Source of the DNA: an uncultured virus (IMG/VR IMGVR_UViG_3300027976_000013)
Taxonomy: Duplodnaviria > Heunggongvirae > Uroviricota > Caudoviricetes
IMG/VR virus record: IMGVR_UViG_3300027976_000013
Length of the DNA stretch: 33,938 nt
Strand: one strand, 5' to 3'
Shown here: one piece after another, positions 18,326 to 28,315 of the stretch
Numbering within the stretch: position 1 is the stretch's first letter
How the letters are laid out: each line of letters opens with the position of its first letter
The notes under the pieces: model-generated
Seen by the model: the letters and a program-made list of their open reading frames with translations, nothing else
Databases searched by the model: none
What the model was told of the DNA's origin: nothing
Translations under genes and position numbers: made by a program

Positions 18326-21300
18326 TTGACATCCCAGTTGTTGTTATAAGCCGAAACAACTCTTCTCTGTTGTCCCGCAATTTTACGATTTCTTGGTGTA
18401 GTTTTCATATTGTATTTCTTTGACAATTCTTCGAACCATTTCTCTTCACCGATGAAAGTATCGACATGAACATAGACGTCCCCGCCGCCGCCACCGGCGC
18501 CACTAGACGATCTCATTCCACCAGTGGCCCCCATGCTGACACTTCGAGAACTTGCTTTTACTGCTGCGCCAGAAGCCATCTTAAGACCTAACCTTGAGGC
18601 TGCAGCGGCAAGGAATCCGATGTTTGATGCACGATATTTGGGGTCAGTGGTAATGACGTATTCATCATATCCACCTTCGGCGATATTTGCTATAATACCA
18701 TCTTTCTGGCTCTTGATCAATCCGCCAGCGGCATTTGGCATCGGAAGCTCAGTTTCATGCCTCCATCCTCCTTGACCATCTGGCCAGAACACGCCAAACT
18801 GGGTATATTTAGCTCCTCCGAGATACTCCGCCGCCCCGGCGTACTGGAGCATATTAATATCACCTTCCCCTAACCCCTGACCTCCGCCATTCCTCAGAAT
18901 AGTATCCAGAGCTTTCAGTTTTGTTAATGCCCTAGCTGTGTCCAAGTCGATAAGTATCCTTTTGCCGTCTGGAAGCCTCGTCACCGCTGCGCCAAGGTCA
19001 TTGACCTTACCAATGTAAATCTCGTACAAGGCAGTCCCTGGTACGATTCCATTTTCGTTCATAAACTTGAATGCGTCCTCAGCGGTATTGAATGACCTAA
19101 CCGAAGTCTCCTCATACTCCCCTGTCATATTATTTAGAATAGCGACAGTCTTTCCATAAGAATCCACAATTCTCTTCCCCGTTTGCCCAAATTTATTGAC
19201 CATTACCCCATTGACTTCCTCCCAGGCTGTTCCAGTCTTAGTCGTTAAGATATCAATTTTGTCAGTATTATCAGCCCAAAGCCTAGTCATGCTATTTAAC
19301 TCTTCCATAACCCCGTATGTTGCCCTCTGGGTGTCCTTTGGCCACTTGATAAGACCGTCACTCCAAGTTCTCATAGAAGCACTAGATTTTTCTGTGAGCT
19401 CTCCCATCTCCTCCATATACCTAATGACATCGGCCTCATCGGACTTCTCTTTAGACACAATTTTCGCCATCTTCGCCGATTCTTCATTGAACTGTTTCAA
19501 AGCTTCCGTCTGCACATCATAGGTTGCAGTATAGTCTTGATTGGACTTCATCAATTCCTTTACCCTCGCAACCTCGGAATCAAACCAAGGCATCTCTCTT
19601 TCCTGATTAACGTAAGATCCCCCGCCTGCAGCGGCGGCGGCATCCGACGCAATCTTGTTATAGGCCTCCGACCCTATTATTTCAGTATTCTTTCCGGAGA
19701 GATCAGGCCAGTCGCGTGTAGTGTTTCCTTGCGATGCTGCCAAGATGTCTCCCGTGTTTGGCGCTGGGTTGATATGGACCCTATTGGGACGACCCCCGTA
19801 CATTTCCTGCCACGCTTTAGCTTCCTGCTCTTTGAGGGCAGCAAAGAAGTTGTTCAAATCGACAGCGTTTTGGGTTTCAAGACTGGTAGTCAGCCCAGCA
19901 GCCCAACCGGCCAATGCTTGGGCGGCAAAGAACGCTTCCAGTTCTGGGGTTATTTCAACGGAGGTGGGATTGGTTTCACCACCGGGCGTCGAAGGGGCCC
20001 CTCCGTTTGAACTTCCCCCACTGTTATTACCGGCCGTAAGAATCTTCAACTGCTCAGAGCCAATGAAGGCCTCCATCCAAGCAGTGACAGCGTCATTCCC
20101 GCTTTGTCTGAACTCTTTAGTAATATCTGCATTGGCCAACCTGAAAACGTCAGCAAACCGATCCATAGTCGAAATAGCATGATCAGGCCAATTGACACCA
20201 AGGGCCATTAGAACGCTATTAATCTGATCTGTCATCGACTGGAACTCGCCAACAGTCAAAGGAGTAAACTCGGTAATCATCTCAAGAAAAGCTTCAAAAG
20301 CTTTCTTTTCAATCTCAAACCTTTCTTTAGCAGCCTCTTGGATAACTTTAATTCTATCTTTCTGAGCCCCCCGCTCTTCCTTCACGAGATCGTCAGATCT
20401 TGACTTCTCTACGTCGGAAAGGGACTTCGAGAAATCAGTCTTGTCAGCCTGCTCTTGGAGATCAAGCATCCTGGCATCATTATATCTACCCTCGTAAATC
20501 GCGAGAGCCCTAGCCTTTTGGTAATTAGTAGAATCAAGTTGACGCTTATCCCTAAGTTCCTTCTTCTTCGCAAGATACTCTTCAGTTTTAGCAAGTTTCT
20601 CTTCAGCCTTTTCCAAAGTTTCAATAGCTTCAACTTGGCTATCATAAACCTTCAAGGCCGCATCTTGGGCTTTCTCCAAGGCCTCAACAGCGGAAGCCCT
20701 AACTCTTTCTATTTCCTTACCAAGACGACTAACGACCTTGTCAATCCAAGACTTAACCCAAGACTCGCCAGAACCTTCGGCCCCAGAGTCAATGCCGCTT
20801 TTTATTTTATCGCCAATATCAAAACCGGCGTCTTCGGCGGCAGGACCGGCGTCCTTCGCTCCATTAGTGACGCTCTTGCCAAAGATCGCTCCAGTATTTC
20901 TCAACGCCCCATCAAGCGCAGGCGTGAATCCCTTCTTCGCAAAACTATTGACGGCATCGGCGGCCCCCCTTAGAGTCTTGGCCATCCCTCCCGCAAATGG
21001 AATATGAGACAGCCCATCTGCAACCATAGAAATTATTGCAGACAGAGCGTAAGCGATTCCACGCCCGATAATATCAAACGCCATCAATACAGGTCTTACA
21101 ATCTCGTAAGCTGAAGCGACAAAGAAGAGTAAAGCGTTTTTCCAGTCTCCCTTGAAAAGAGACGCAAAGAATCCTATCCAATCCTTTACCAAATAAAATA
21201 TGCCCTCAAATACTGGCATTAACCAGCCGATAATATTACCAAGCCAAGACATCGCTGTAGCAACAACACTCATCATTGTACTAAACATAGCTCCAATGCC

Positions 21301-24192
21301 CCCGAAAACGCCAGCCATAGCGTCCCCGCCAGACTCAGCGTCTCCAAGACCACCGACGATTTCCTTAAACTTATCAACAATGCTCATAAACACATCTTTA
21401 AGTCCCATAGCTGCGCTCTTGATGGCTTCTATGCCGGGCTTGAGTGCGTTAGTAAATGACTCCCAAATATTTTTTGCGTTCTTGAACATCACAAATAGAA
21501 CAAGGAACACGGCAAGAACAGTTGCTCCGATAATTCCCCAAATCCCCATTTTTGCGCCAACTTTTCCAATTTCTGGAAGAAGTTTCTTTATGCCCCCGCC
21601 AAGGTTTTTGACGCCAGTATTGAGCCCCTTTATGGGGCCTGTCCCCATGACATTAAAGGCGGCAGCAGACTGTTTGCCGACGCCCTTTCCAAATTTTCCA
21701 ACCCCGCCAGCCACAGTCCCTACCGCCTTGAATGCTGCATCCTTTGCCCTTATTGCCTGATTCTTCATCCACTCAAGCGTGTTTCTTGTGACAGATTTAG
21801 TGTTAGCATTATTCACTGTGGTATTTGCACCAGTTGCTGCTGTACTTGCTCCAGTTGAGGCAGAATTCGCATTCTGTGCACCCATACTCTTTTGGAGTGC
21901 TGCTTGCTTAACGACTTCGGCCTCCGCATCGGCAAGCACTCCGGCGGCGTGCGCTTGCGCTGCCAAAGTACTCTTGTATGTAGCAGCAGTCGCCTGCTCC
22001 TCGACTGTCATATTAGCTTTATTCACTGTCATATACTTAGCCAGAGCGGCCTGTTCCGCCTCTATAGCCGCGACTTTCGCTGCAGACATTGCTGGTTTCC
22101 CTGCTGCCCCACTAAGATTACCAAAGCCAGTCCTGAGTTTAATCTTATCCAAACGAGATGACCCCGGAGCGAGCATCACCCTTTCGCCCATTCTCAAGAA
22201 ATTGGCGTGAGAGGCCCTCCCCGTAGCGACCATAGATGCAATCTGGGCGTTAGTGACAGCCCCCATCTTCGGAAGAAGCATAGCGAAGCCTCTCCCCAAG
22301 CTGGAAACACTGTGCAAGCTCATCGCCAACATGTACTTCATAGGACCTAGAGCAACAGTGACAGCGGCGATACCCAAGGCAACCTTCTGGAAGATCGGGG
22401 GAGAACTTTGGAACCACTCCAACATTCTAACGAAATACTCGCCAACCATAATGAATGCTGGAGCAAGAGTCCCACCAAGTTGAGTATAAACCTGTTGCAT
22501 CGAAACTTTCATTCGATCCAATGCTTTGACAGGGTCTTTCTTGAACATCTCAACAGCTTGGGTGTAACGATCGGTAGTATTGGCCATATCGACGCCCTTT
22601 ACCACAATCTCCCCCGCGGCCAATTGACCTTTTAGGAAATCTGAATTGACTTCATCGTACTTCAAAGTCCCCTTTGTAAGTTGCTCAAGTTCACTACGAC
22701 CAAGCGCAATATCATTAAAGTAAGAATTCATCCTTGCAGACTGTCGTGCACCGAAAAGTTCAGGAGCGGTAGCGGCTCTCTGCTTATCGTCCATCATTGA
22801 GAACTGATCGGAAAGTTGGAACATCTTCTCGGCAGCGTCTCCCATCTGACCACCAGCCTCAAAGAAATCAAACCCAAGAGCCTTAATGACAACCTTAGCG
22901 TCCTTTGTCGGATTGATAAGCCTCTGCAAAGCAAACTTAAGACCATGAGCGGCTTCTGTGGCTGGAATGCCACGCTTGTACATGCCAGCAAGAGAGGACG
23001 CAATACCGGAGGCGTTGAACCCCATCTGCTGCATGACAGGGGCAACCTCAGGGAAAGCTTGAGCAAGGTCAGCAAGGTTAAGTGAAGTATTGTCAGAGAT
23101 GGCATTCAACTTAGCCATCTCGATTCTAGTAGCGGCCAAAGAGTCTATCTGGCTACGCCCAGGTTTATCAGCAAAAAGAGCTTTCAAGGTTCGGAAAAAT
23201 TGGAAAGAAGAGGCAGTGTCCATATCTCCAATGAGAGAAAGTTCTGAAACACTATTGGCATAAGCTTTAATATTTTCGGGGCCTCTGACACCAAGAAGTA
23301 GAATTTCTGCGTACAGACTAGCAACACTCTTCTCAGAAACGGCAAAATCTTTTGAGACAGCCCTAATCTCGGCTCTTGTTTTGGAATAATCGAGATCCGT
23401 GCCTACCCCTTCGAAGTTCGTAGCCTTCTTTACTTGCAGGATCTCTTTTTCCACAGATTTCCAAGAATTAACTGCAGTCGTAGCGACCATGGCAAGAGGC
23501 AAAGTTATGCCAGTAACCATCTGTCTAGCGTGCATCTGCATAGTAGATGCTTTTGCAGACCAAGTATCGGCTAGACCTATGACGTTCTGTCTAGCAATCT
23601 GGAGGCCAGCCCTGAACCGTTGAACGCCAGATATGGTGCCCAAGAACGCCCTCTCTCCAGACCCGCCTACAGCCCTGAACGCCGCTGCCGTATCAATACC
23701 GGCCTTGGAAACGTCCTTCAGACTCGCTCTTGCTTGCTTTAGATTGCCGACAAGCATCGAGAGACTTGTCGGAGCGCCAACGACAGGCTGGCCGACCTTA
23801 TTCATGTCAGCCTGCCATTGAGTTATGGCTTTCTTGCCTGCGCCAGTAGAAGTACTAAAACCTGGGCTAAAAGACTGCCTACTTCTCTTCTCTTCTATGA
23901 CAGATAAACGAGCGGTTTCAGTTGCTAACTCTCTAATAACCTTTTTGCTGGCCTGCGTATGCTTATTGAAAGTGCCCGACTGCCAAGCTACGTTATCCAT
24001 AGCCTTAGCAAGCCTCTGATATGCAGCTACTGCTGCATTCAACGAAGTGACATCGCCCGCCAATCTCGCGGTGTTAATTACCTTATTTAATGCCTTTTGG
24101 ACGCGATCAAGCTGGACAGCAGCTATATCAAACCCAGTCAGACGGGCGTTAAGATTCACCTGCGTATTTTGATTACCACCAGTAATCGGCAT
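18322..24192 (-). CDS. tape measure protein (1956 aa)
   Basis: Long Ala/Gly-rich helical ORF after the tail chaperones; TP901-type core (GITLPLA..., AAHGLKFALQRLINPT, ELFGARQ), hydrophobic segments, coiled coil and C-terminal AAGG..IAEGGYDEYVI. Confidence 0.95.
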   Translation of the reverse strand: MPITGGNQNTQVNLNARLTGFDIAAVQLDRVQKALNKVINTARLAGDVTSLNAAVAAYQRLAKAMDNVAWQSGTFNKHTQASKKVIRELATETARLSVIEEKRSRQSFSPGFSTSTGAGKKAITQWQADMNKVGQPVVGAPTSLSMLVGNLKQARASLKDVSKAGIDTAAAFRAVGGSGERAFLGTISGVQRFRAGLQIARQNVIGLADTWSAKASTMQMHARQMVTGITLPLAMVATTAVNSWKSVEKEILQVKKATNFEGVGTDLDYSKTRAEIRAVSKDFAVSEKSVASLYAEILLLGVRGPENIKAYANSVSELSLIGDMDTASSFQFFRTLKALFADKPGRSQIDSLAATRIEMAKLNAISDNTSLNLADLAQAFPEVAPVMQQMGFNASGIASSLAGMYKRGIPATEAAHGLKFALQRLINPTKDAKVVIKALGFDFFEAGGQMGDAAEKMFQLSDQFSMMDDKQRAATAPELFGARQSARMNSYFNDIALGRSELEQLTKGTLKYDEVNSDFLKGQLAAGEIVVKGVDMANTTDRYTQAVEMFKKDPVKALDRMKVSMQQVYTQLGGTLAPAFIMVGEYFVRMLEWFQSSPPIFQKVALGIAAVTVALGPMKYMLAMSLHSVSSLGRGFAMLLPKMGAVTNAQIASMVATGRASHANFLRMGERVMLAPGSSRLDKIKLRTGFGNLSGAAGKPAMSAAKVAAIEAEQAALAKYMTVNKANMTVEEQATAATYKSTLAAQAHAAGVLADAEAEVVKQAALQKSMGAQNANSASTGASTAATGANTTVNNANTKSVTRNTLEWMKNQAIRAKDAAFKAVGTVAGGVGKFGKGVGKQSAAAFNVMGTGPIKGLNTGVKNLGGGIKKLLPEIGKVGAKMGIWGIIGATVLAVFLVLFVMFKNAKNIWESFTNALKPGIEAIKSAAMGLKDVFMSIVDKFKEIVGGLGDAESGGDAMAGVFGGIGAMFSTMMSVVATAMSWLGNIIGWLMPVFEGIFYLVKDWIGFFASLFKGDWKNALLFFVASAYEIVRPVLMAFDIIGRGIAYALSAIISMVADGLSHIPFAGGMAKTLRGAADAVNSFAKKGFTPALDGALRNTGAIFGKSVTNGAKDAGPAAEDAGFDIGDKIKSGIDSGAEGSGESWVKSWIDKVVSRLGKEIERVRASAVEALEKAQDAALKVYDSQVEAIETLEKAEEKLAKTEEYLAKKKELRDKRQLDSTNYQKARALAIYEGRYNDARMLDLQEQADKTDFSKSLSDVEKSRSDDLVKEERGAQKDRIKVIQEAAKERFEIEKKAFEAFLEMITEFTPLTVGEFQSMTDQINSVLMALGVNWPDHAISTMDRFADVFRLANADITKEFRQSGNDAVTAWMEAFIGSEQLKILTAGNNSGGSSNGGAPSTPGGETNPTSVEITPELEAFFAAQALAGWAAGLTTSLETQNAVDLNNFFAALKEQEAKAWQEMYGGRPNRVHINPAPNTGDILAASQGNTTRDWPDLSGKNTEIIGSEAYNKIASDAAAAAGGGSYVNQEREMPWFDSEVARVKELMKSNQDYTATYDVQTEALKQFNEESAKMAKIVSKEKSDEADVIRYMEEMGELTEKSSASMRTWSDGLIKWPKDTQRATYGVMEELNSMTRLWADNTDKIDILTTKTGTAWEEVNGVMVNKFGQTGKRIVDSYGKTVAILNNMTGEYEETSVRSFNTAEDAFKFMNENGIVPGTALYEIYIGKVNDLGAAVTRLPDGKRILIDLDTARALTKLKALDTILRNGGGQGLGEGDINMLQYAGAAEYLGGAKYTQFGVFWPDGQGGWRHETELPMPNAAGGLIKSQKDGIIANIAEGGYDEYVITTDPKYRASNIGFLAAAASRLGLKMASGAAVKASSRSVSMGATGGMRSSSGAGGGGGDVYVHVDTFIGEEKWFEELSKKYNMKTTPRNRKIAGQQRRVVSAYNNNWDVK

Positions 24193-24209
24193 ATATCAAC
24201 CTCTCACAC

Positions 24210-24587
24210 TCATTCAATTATAGAATAGCCAAGATTTATAGGCAACTGTCTAACTTCTTCCTCACCAAACATAGGTTTAGCCTCTCCACCTGTTTGTGGA
24301 TCAATAGCGTAAGCGGGCATGTAATGACTTTTAGATTTACCTTCAAGTTGTGGATCTGAATCAGAATACAAATAACCATCTTTATCGTCCGGCATTTCCA
24401 TCTCCGCCCCCATAGCCATGCCCACCGCCATAATCATTCTATTTTGACGTGCATTTGCGGCCTCATACAGCACGACTAACTCATCCAAACTCAGAGAGTT
24501 TTCGAGATCGTCAAAGTTCTTCCATGCCCCGCACTCACAGAAAACTTCTTGCTCAAGAACAGTTAAGGGAACTTCATCGAAGGTCAT
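24210..24587 (-). CDS. tail assembly chaperone, downstream (gpT-like) frame
   Basis: Lies in the -1 frame relative to 24611..24907 and is open back to the slippery site. WKNFDDLENSLSLDEL motif. Confidence 0.8.
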   Translation of the reverse strand: MTFDEVPLTVLEQEVFCECGAWKNFDDLENSLSLDELVVLYEAANARQNRMIMAVGMAMGAEMEMPDDKDGYLYSDSDPQLEGKSKSHYMPAYAIDPQTGGEAKPMFGEEEVRQLPINLGYSIIE

Positions 24588-24610
24588 TCCACCTTCGTCA
24601 TCGTCCCCTC

Positions 24611-24907
24611 CTATTCGTTTGGGTCAGTCCCCATAGCAGCAGAAAGGAGCTGATTAAAAGACTTGATATCAAGAAGGTCCTCAACCAGATCGGAATCAGC
24701 AGCAATTTCGGGCTCAATAGGTTCAAGAATGATAACAGCCGCCTCGACCATGAGGTCTACGGAGGTCTCATCACTATCGGTCGCTTCAAGCTTCTTCATA
24801 ACAGAATTAAGCTTGCGAAGTTGGCGGAGGGTAACTGGGAAGATCGTTCTGGTCTTATCAGAAAAAGCAACCTCAACACCCGGGCGAAGATTATTAACTT
24901 TAGCCAT
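24611..24907 (-). CDS. tail assembly chaperone (gpG-like)
   Basis: 98-aa acidic ORF between the major tail gene and TMP; AAGGAG SD; ends at a slippery heptamer. Confidence 0.85.
   Translation of the reverse strand: MAKVNNLRPGVEVAFSDKTRTIFPVTLRQLRKLNSVMKKLEATDSDETSVDLMVEAAVIILEPIEPEIAADSDLVEDLLDIKSFNQLLSAAMGTDPNE
24617..24623 (-). promoter_or_regulatory. -1 programmed ribosomal frameshift site C CCA AAC
   Basis: GAC CCA AAC GAA TAG. The X XXY YYZ heptamer is in the correct phase, and the -1 frame reads RIGGDDDEGG-MTFDEV without a stop. Confidence 0.8.
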
Positions 24908-24951
24908 ATAAAAACACTCCTTTAAAATGTCTTTATAAGTATATCACAAAA

Positions 24952-24975
24952 GGTGGCGAGCCGAAACTCGCCACC
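24952..24975 (-). terminator. intrinsic terminator after the major tail gene
   Basis: GGTGGCGAG-TTTCGG-CTCGCCACC-TTTT on the minus strand, immediately followed by TGTGATATACT (extended -10-like). Confidence 0.85.
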
Positions 24976-24997
24976 CTTAATATGAAGTTATTTACGA

Positions 24998-25534
24998 TCA
25001 GATTGCGTCAACAATTGACCCGTACTCTGAACCAGTCTGGGAAGGATCTGGAAGAAGACGGAAATCAACCGGGAAAGCTGTATTCTCAGCACGCTTCAAC
25101 ATGTGAGAGCTGGAAGCATACTGAATCACTCGATTACAATTGTAAGTACGAGTGAAGTTAAGCGTTGCAGTGGAGCCTGGAGCCCGTCCGACGAGTCGGA
25201 TAGCGTTCTCAACCGGGTAAACCGACTGAATTCCAACCGAAAGAGTCTTAAACCCACCAGAGGTAGTAACCTCGTCGGCAACCGAATAGTTCCAAGCGCG
25301 AGCGAGGTTCTCAAGAGTACCCTCCGCAAGCTTGGTCTTAAGGCTGACCTTAATCTTCGAAGTAACAACACGTGCAGCATCGCCGAACTGATCGATTTCG
25401 ATGTCAACCATGTCAGGCTCCCAAGCAAGTTCGGCCCCGTCCTGAGTTGCGCCAAGGTCAGTGAAGCTGATTCCATTGGTACTCAACGAAAGTACGCCTT
25501 CACCTACCACAATATTTGAAAATGTAACTGCCAT
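24998..25534 (-). CDS. major tail protein
   Basis: NIVVGEG..DLGATQDG..LAWEP..DIEIDQ..KTKLAEGTLENL..FPVDFRLLPD..YGSIVD; AAGGAGG SD; position before the chaperones. Confidence 0.9.
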   Translation of the reverse strand: MAVTFSNIVVGEGVLSLSTNGISFTDLGATQDGAELAWEPDMVDIEIDQFGDAARVVTSKIKVSLKTKLAEGTLENLARAWNYSVADEVTTSGGFKTLSVGIQSVYPVENAIRLVGRAPGSTATLNFTRTYNCNRVIQYASSSHMLKRAENTAFPVDFRLLPDPSQTGSEYGSIVDAI

Positions 25535-25736
25535 AATGGCACCTCCTTATTTTATCAAAAAGACTTTCATCTTTTTATAGTCTTTCTTTCGGGTTTCAAC
25601 CTTATTGATCAAAACCCTTTTTATCTGGGCGACTTCTAATCCTATTGGATATTCGCCACTACGACTTGTAGATCTTTGTTTGAATCTCGCTTCTCTGTTT
25701 GAGTTTTTACCCAGAAAGGTAATTACTCTTAATATA

Positions 25737-25765
25737 AGATTATCTCTCCCGCACTTATAAAGCAA
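25737..25765 (-). promoter_or_regulatory. sigma70-type promoter TTGCTT-N17-TAATCT upstream of the major tail leader
   Basis: -35 and -10 hexamers with an exact 17-nt spacer, right after the upstream stop codon. Confidence 0.55.
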
Positions 25766-25767
25766 AG

Positions 25768-26181
25768 TTAAACGCGAACGTAGCCAACTTGGAACATCCG
25801 GTCCATTGACGTAAAACCCTCCCGCTCAAGGGGGGCATACATTCCTCCGCCAATCATTCTGCACCACAGAAGGCGAAACGCCGGACTCTGAGGGATCATT
25901 GCTGTCTTCAGTGCGTCTATATCATCTCCGACATTCAAGAAAGTCTCTATATCCAAGGCAATATCCCTAACCCTCGAAAGGTCGTTATCCAAGATGTTGT
26001 AAGTTATAATAGATTCGTACATCCAATACTGTTCGCTATCCTTAATTGAGGGGAACTCAATCCAAGTAATAAAAGGAGCCTCTGACTCTCCATAGGCATT
26101 TATTGGATATATTTTAATACCACTATACCCCGATGATATCAAAGAGTCCTTCAAGATTACGTTCAAGTTAGTCGCTATCAT
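25768..26181 (-). CDS. tail terminator-like protein
   Basis: 137 aa immediately upstream of the major tail gene; KIYP..APFITW..ITYNI pattern. Confidence 0.7.
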   Translation of the reverse strand: MIATNLNVILKDSLISSGYSGIKIYPINAYGESEAPFITWIEFPSIKDSEQYWMYESIITYNILDNDLSRVRDIALDIETFLNVGDDIDALKTAMIPQSPAFRLLWCRMIGGGMYAPLEREGFTSMDRMFQVGYVRV

Positions 26182-26588
26182 CTGACCATCGCCATCGCTG
26201 CGTACATGCTTTCCATCACAATTCGGTTAATAATAGGTTTGTAGGCCTTGGTTCCTGGATGCCGGACTTTGCGAGAAAACCCGCCATCAGGCATTGGCAT
26301 AGCTTTCGATCCTGCCACAATATCGTGGGCAGGTGTGCCATTATAGAAGTATCCTCCAATATTATCTACAGGAGAAACAGAAATGCTCATACCTACACCA
26401 GTTGAGAAAATATTAACAGAAAAGTGCTTAAACTTGTCCCCGAGAGCCTCGCTAAGTCTTACCTTGGCAAGAGCCTGTGCGGTAATTGCTATCCTCAGAA
26501 TCCTGATATTGAAATTCACTCTTTCACGATCAAAGTCTTTTCTGATCAACTTAGGACCATCTTGGTTTACCACATTGACCTTTATCAT
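26178..26588 (-). CDS. neck/tail completion protein (HK97 gp10-like position)
   Basis: GTPAHDI...KVRHPGTK motif; synteny. Confidence 0.65.
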   Translation of the reverse strand: MIKVNVVNQDGPKLIRKDFDRERVNFNIRILRIAITAQALAKVRLSEALGDKFKHFSVNIFSTGVGMSISVSPVDNIGGYFYNGTPAHDIVAGSKAMPMPDGGFSRKVRHPGTKAYKPIINRIVMESMYAAMAMVR

Positions 26589-26962
26589 TCGATCACGCTC
26601 TTTACCTTGACCTGAAGATACTGAACTTTCCCCGAAAATGATATCTCCCTGTCGATCTCATTGACCTGAATCCAGTCTGGGGCTATGAGTTCATCCCCGA
26701 TATACGTCCGAACATTCTTAAATCTCGTTTTGTAACTGATATCTACATCGTGATCAAAATAGAAAAAATAAAAATCTGCTTCGACAGTCGTCGGCTCAAT
26801 CCGAATAGAAGTCGAAGAACCCGCACGGACATAAAGGCATCTCACGTCCTGTTGGGCAAGATTCCAAGTTGCATGAAGTTGACCCATATCGTTTACTATA
26901 GACACCTTTGAGTAGATGTCAACCTTGTGGGTCATTCTAATAAAGTTTCTCCTAGTAGACAT
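26585..26962 (-). CDS. head-to-tail stopper/closure protein
   Basis: HKVDIYSK..NDMGQ...W..VRC beta pattern. Start moved to ATG 26962 (MSTRRNF) to give an 11-nt overlap. Confidence 0.7.
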   Translation of the reverse strand: MSTRRNFIRMTHKVDIYSKVSIVNDMGQLHATWNLAQQDVRCLYVRAGSSTSIRIEPTTVEADFYFFYFDHDVDISYKTRFKNVRTYIGDELIAPDWIQVNEIDREISFSGKVQYLQVKVKSVIE

Positions 26963-27824
26963 AGTCGATCGTCCAGTGAACAAAGTCCATCAGAAGAACG
27001 TCAACATCTATATTGCCGGTAGAGCTATAAGAATTTTCAGCAAACTGAACCCTATTGTTTCCCTGCTCAAGCCGTTCAATGCCGTAGCGATGATGCTCGC
27101 GTCTTGTGTCATCAAGAAGGTCGGCAATGAGAAGTTTCGATGCCTCGACCACTTGGTTAGGAACAGAAAGCCAGCCCCAGTCTCCAGTTATCGATACGGT
27201 AGTGTTGTTGGGGAACTTTGACTTAACTACATCGTCAATCCTGCTGTCGGAATATGAATACCCCTCAAGCATATCTATATAATATTTAGATCTATGATCT
27301 AGAGTGACTTCAGCTGTATAGTCAGAGTCATTAACAAAAACGCTTGAGAAATGATTTAGCCTTTCTTCAAGGTAAATCTTTGACCGCCCATTTCCGTGAT
27401 ACTTGCGAGTCTTTCCTTTGATGCACTGGAAGTTCTGACCAGTGTAGAAATCGATAACTCTCCTCGACATTTTTTCTACAGAGGCAAACCTTGAGGTATG
27501 CTCCGGGACATCAAAGTCGGGGAACTCTGAAAAGAAATCTGAACTTGACACGTAAGGATCTTCTACAGTGAACTCTGTGTAAGCGTAAAATGCCGCTCCA
27601 GATATATCACAAGACCACCTTATCTTATAAAGACCCGCAGATCCAAGAAGATCGTCAATTATCGTAACGGAGTAAGTGGTTCCAGACGTCAAAACGGGGA
27701 CAGAGGGTGGGACTATAGTATCCCCATAGTCGTAGAACACTGAGACAGAAATGGTGCCAACATCCGGCGTTCCCGGAAATGTGAATTCCTCGGTAACCGC
27801 TATGTAGGAGGGAGAAATGTTCAT
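26952..27824 (-). CDS. head-to-tail adaptor with an N-terminal Ig-like extension
   Basis: RRVIDFYTGQNF, ITGDWGWLSVPNQVVEASKLLI and STGNIDVDVLL adaptor motifs. Confidence 0.8.
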   Translation of the reverse strand: MNISPSYIAVTEEFTFPGTPDVGTISVSVFYDYGDTIVPPSVPVLTSGTTYSVTIIDDLLGSAGLYKIRWSCDISGAAFYAYTEFTVEDPYVSSSDFFSEFPDFDVPEHTSRFASVEKMSRRVIDFYTGQNFQCIKGKTRKYHGNGRSKIYLEERLNHFSSVFVNDSDYTAEVTLDHRSKYYIDMLEGYSYSDSRIDDVVKSKFPNNTTVSITGDWGWLSVPNQVVEASKLLIADLLDDTRREHHRYGIERLEQGNNRVQFAENSYSSTGNIDVDVLLMDFVHWTIDYVY

Positions 27825-27830
27825 AGTAAG

Positions 27831-27836
27831 ATTATA
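27831..27836 (-). promoter_or_regulatory. TATAAT -10 element 6 nt before ATG (candidate leaderless promoter)
   Basis: TATAAT-CTTACT-ATG with no SD in the gap. Confidence 0.5.
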
Positions 27837-27851
27837 CTATATACAGTTTTC

Positions 27852-28172
27852 TTAGGCGAGTAAATAAAACTGTTCTACCATCTTTTTAGTGGCAACGACA
27901 AACCTGCCATCATAATCTTCAACAAGTTTTTCCGCCTCGGCGGCGGGAACTAGACAGAAAGGATCCTTTTTTGTAAAACTAATACCTGGGGCATAGAACG
28001 CTTCTCCATTTGCCATTCTTAGCATTCTCTTCTCTTCGGTGATTACAGCGATGGAATCGTCTGAGATGCCCTGTGTGCCCTCTAGGATGGTCTGTGCTGC
28101 CTTTGTTTTGCGTTTGGCGACAGCTTTGACAGCTTTTTCTTTTATTTCATTTTCTTCTGATTCGTCGTTCAT
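27852..28172 (-). CDS. hypothetical virion-associated protein downstream of the capsid gene
   Basis: AGGAG SD; SFTKKDPF..V...A...F..AT...V..FY motif; synteny. Confidence 0.75.
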   Translation of the reverse strand: MNDESEENEIKEKAVKAVAKRKTKAAQTILEGTQGISDDSIAVITEEKRMLRMANGEAFYAPGISFTKKDPFCLVPAAEAEKLVEDYDGRFVVATKKMVEQFYLLA

Positions 28173-28293
28173 TTATTCTCCTAATAAATAATAAAGGCGG
28201 ATGCTCATGCCGATGATCAATTCTATCACAAAATTGATACCGGAGCTGCGCTTTCGGCGGGGAGATTATTGAGAAGTTCGGGGCGATAATAAA

Positions 28294-28315
28294 GGCCGGG
28301 GATTTCTCCCCGGCC
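28294..28315 (-). terminator. intrinsic terminator after the major capsid gene
   Basis: GGCCGGGGA-GAAA-TCCCCGGCC-TTTATT on the minus strand. Confidence 0.85.

Noticed and set aside
18524..24019. Many plus-strand ORFs (up to 186 aa) opposite the tape measure gene
   Set aside because: Antisense shadows caused by codon bias; no SDs, motifs or promoters on that strand.
25547..25765. 72-aa minus-strand ORF in the major tail leader
   Set aside because: TTG start with no SD, coinciding with the -35 hexamer; the region is better explained as promoter plus structured leader.
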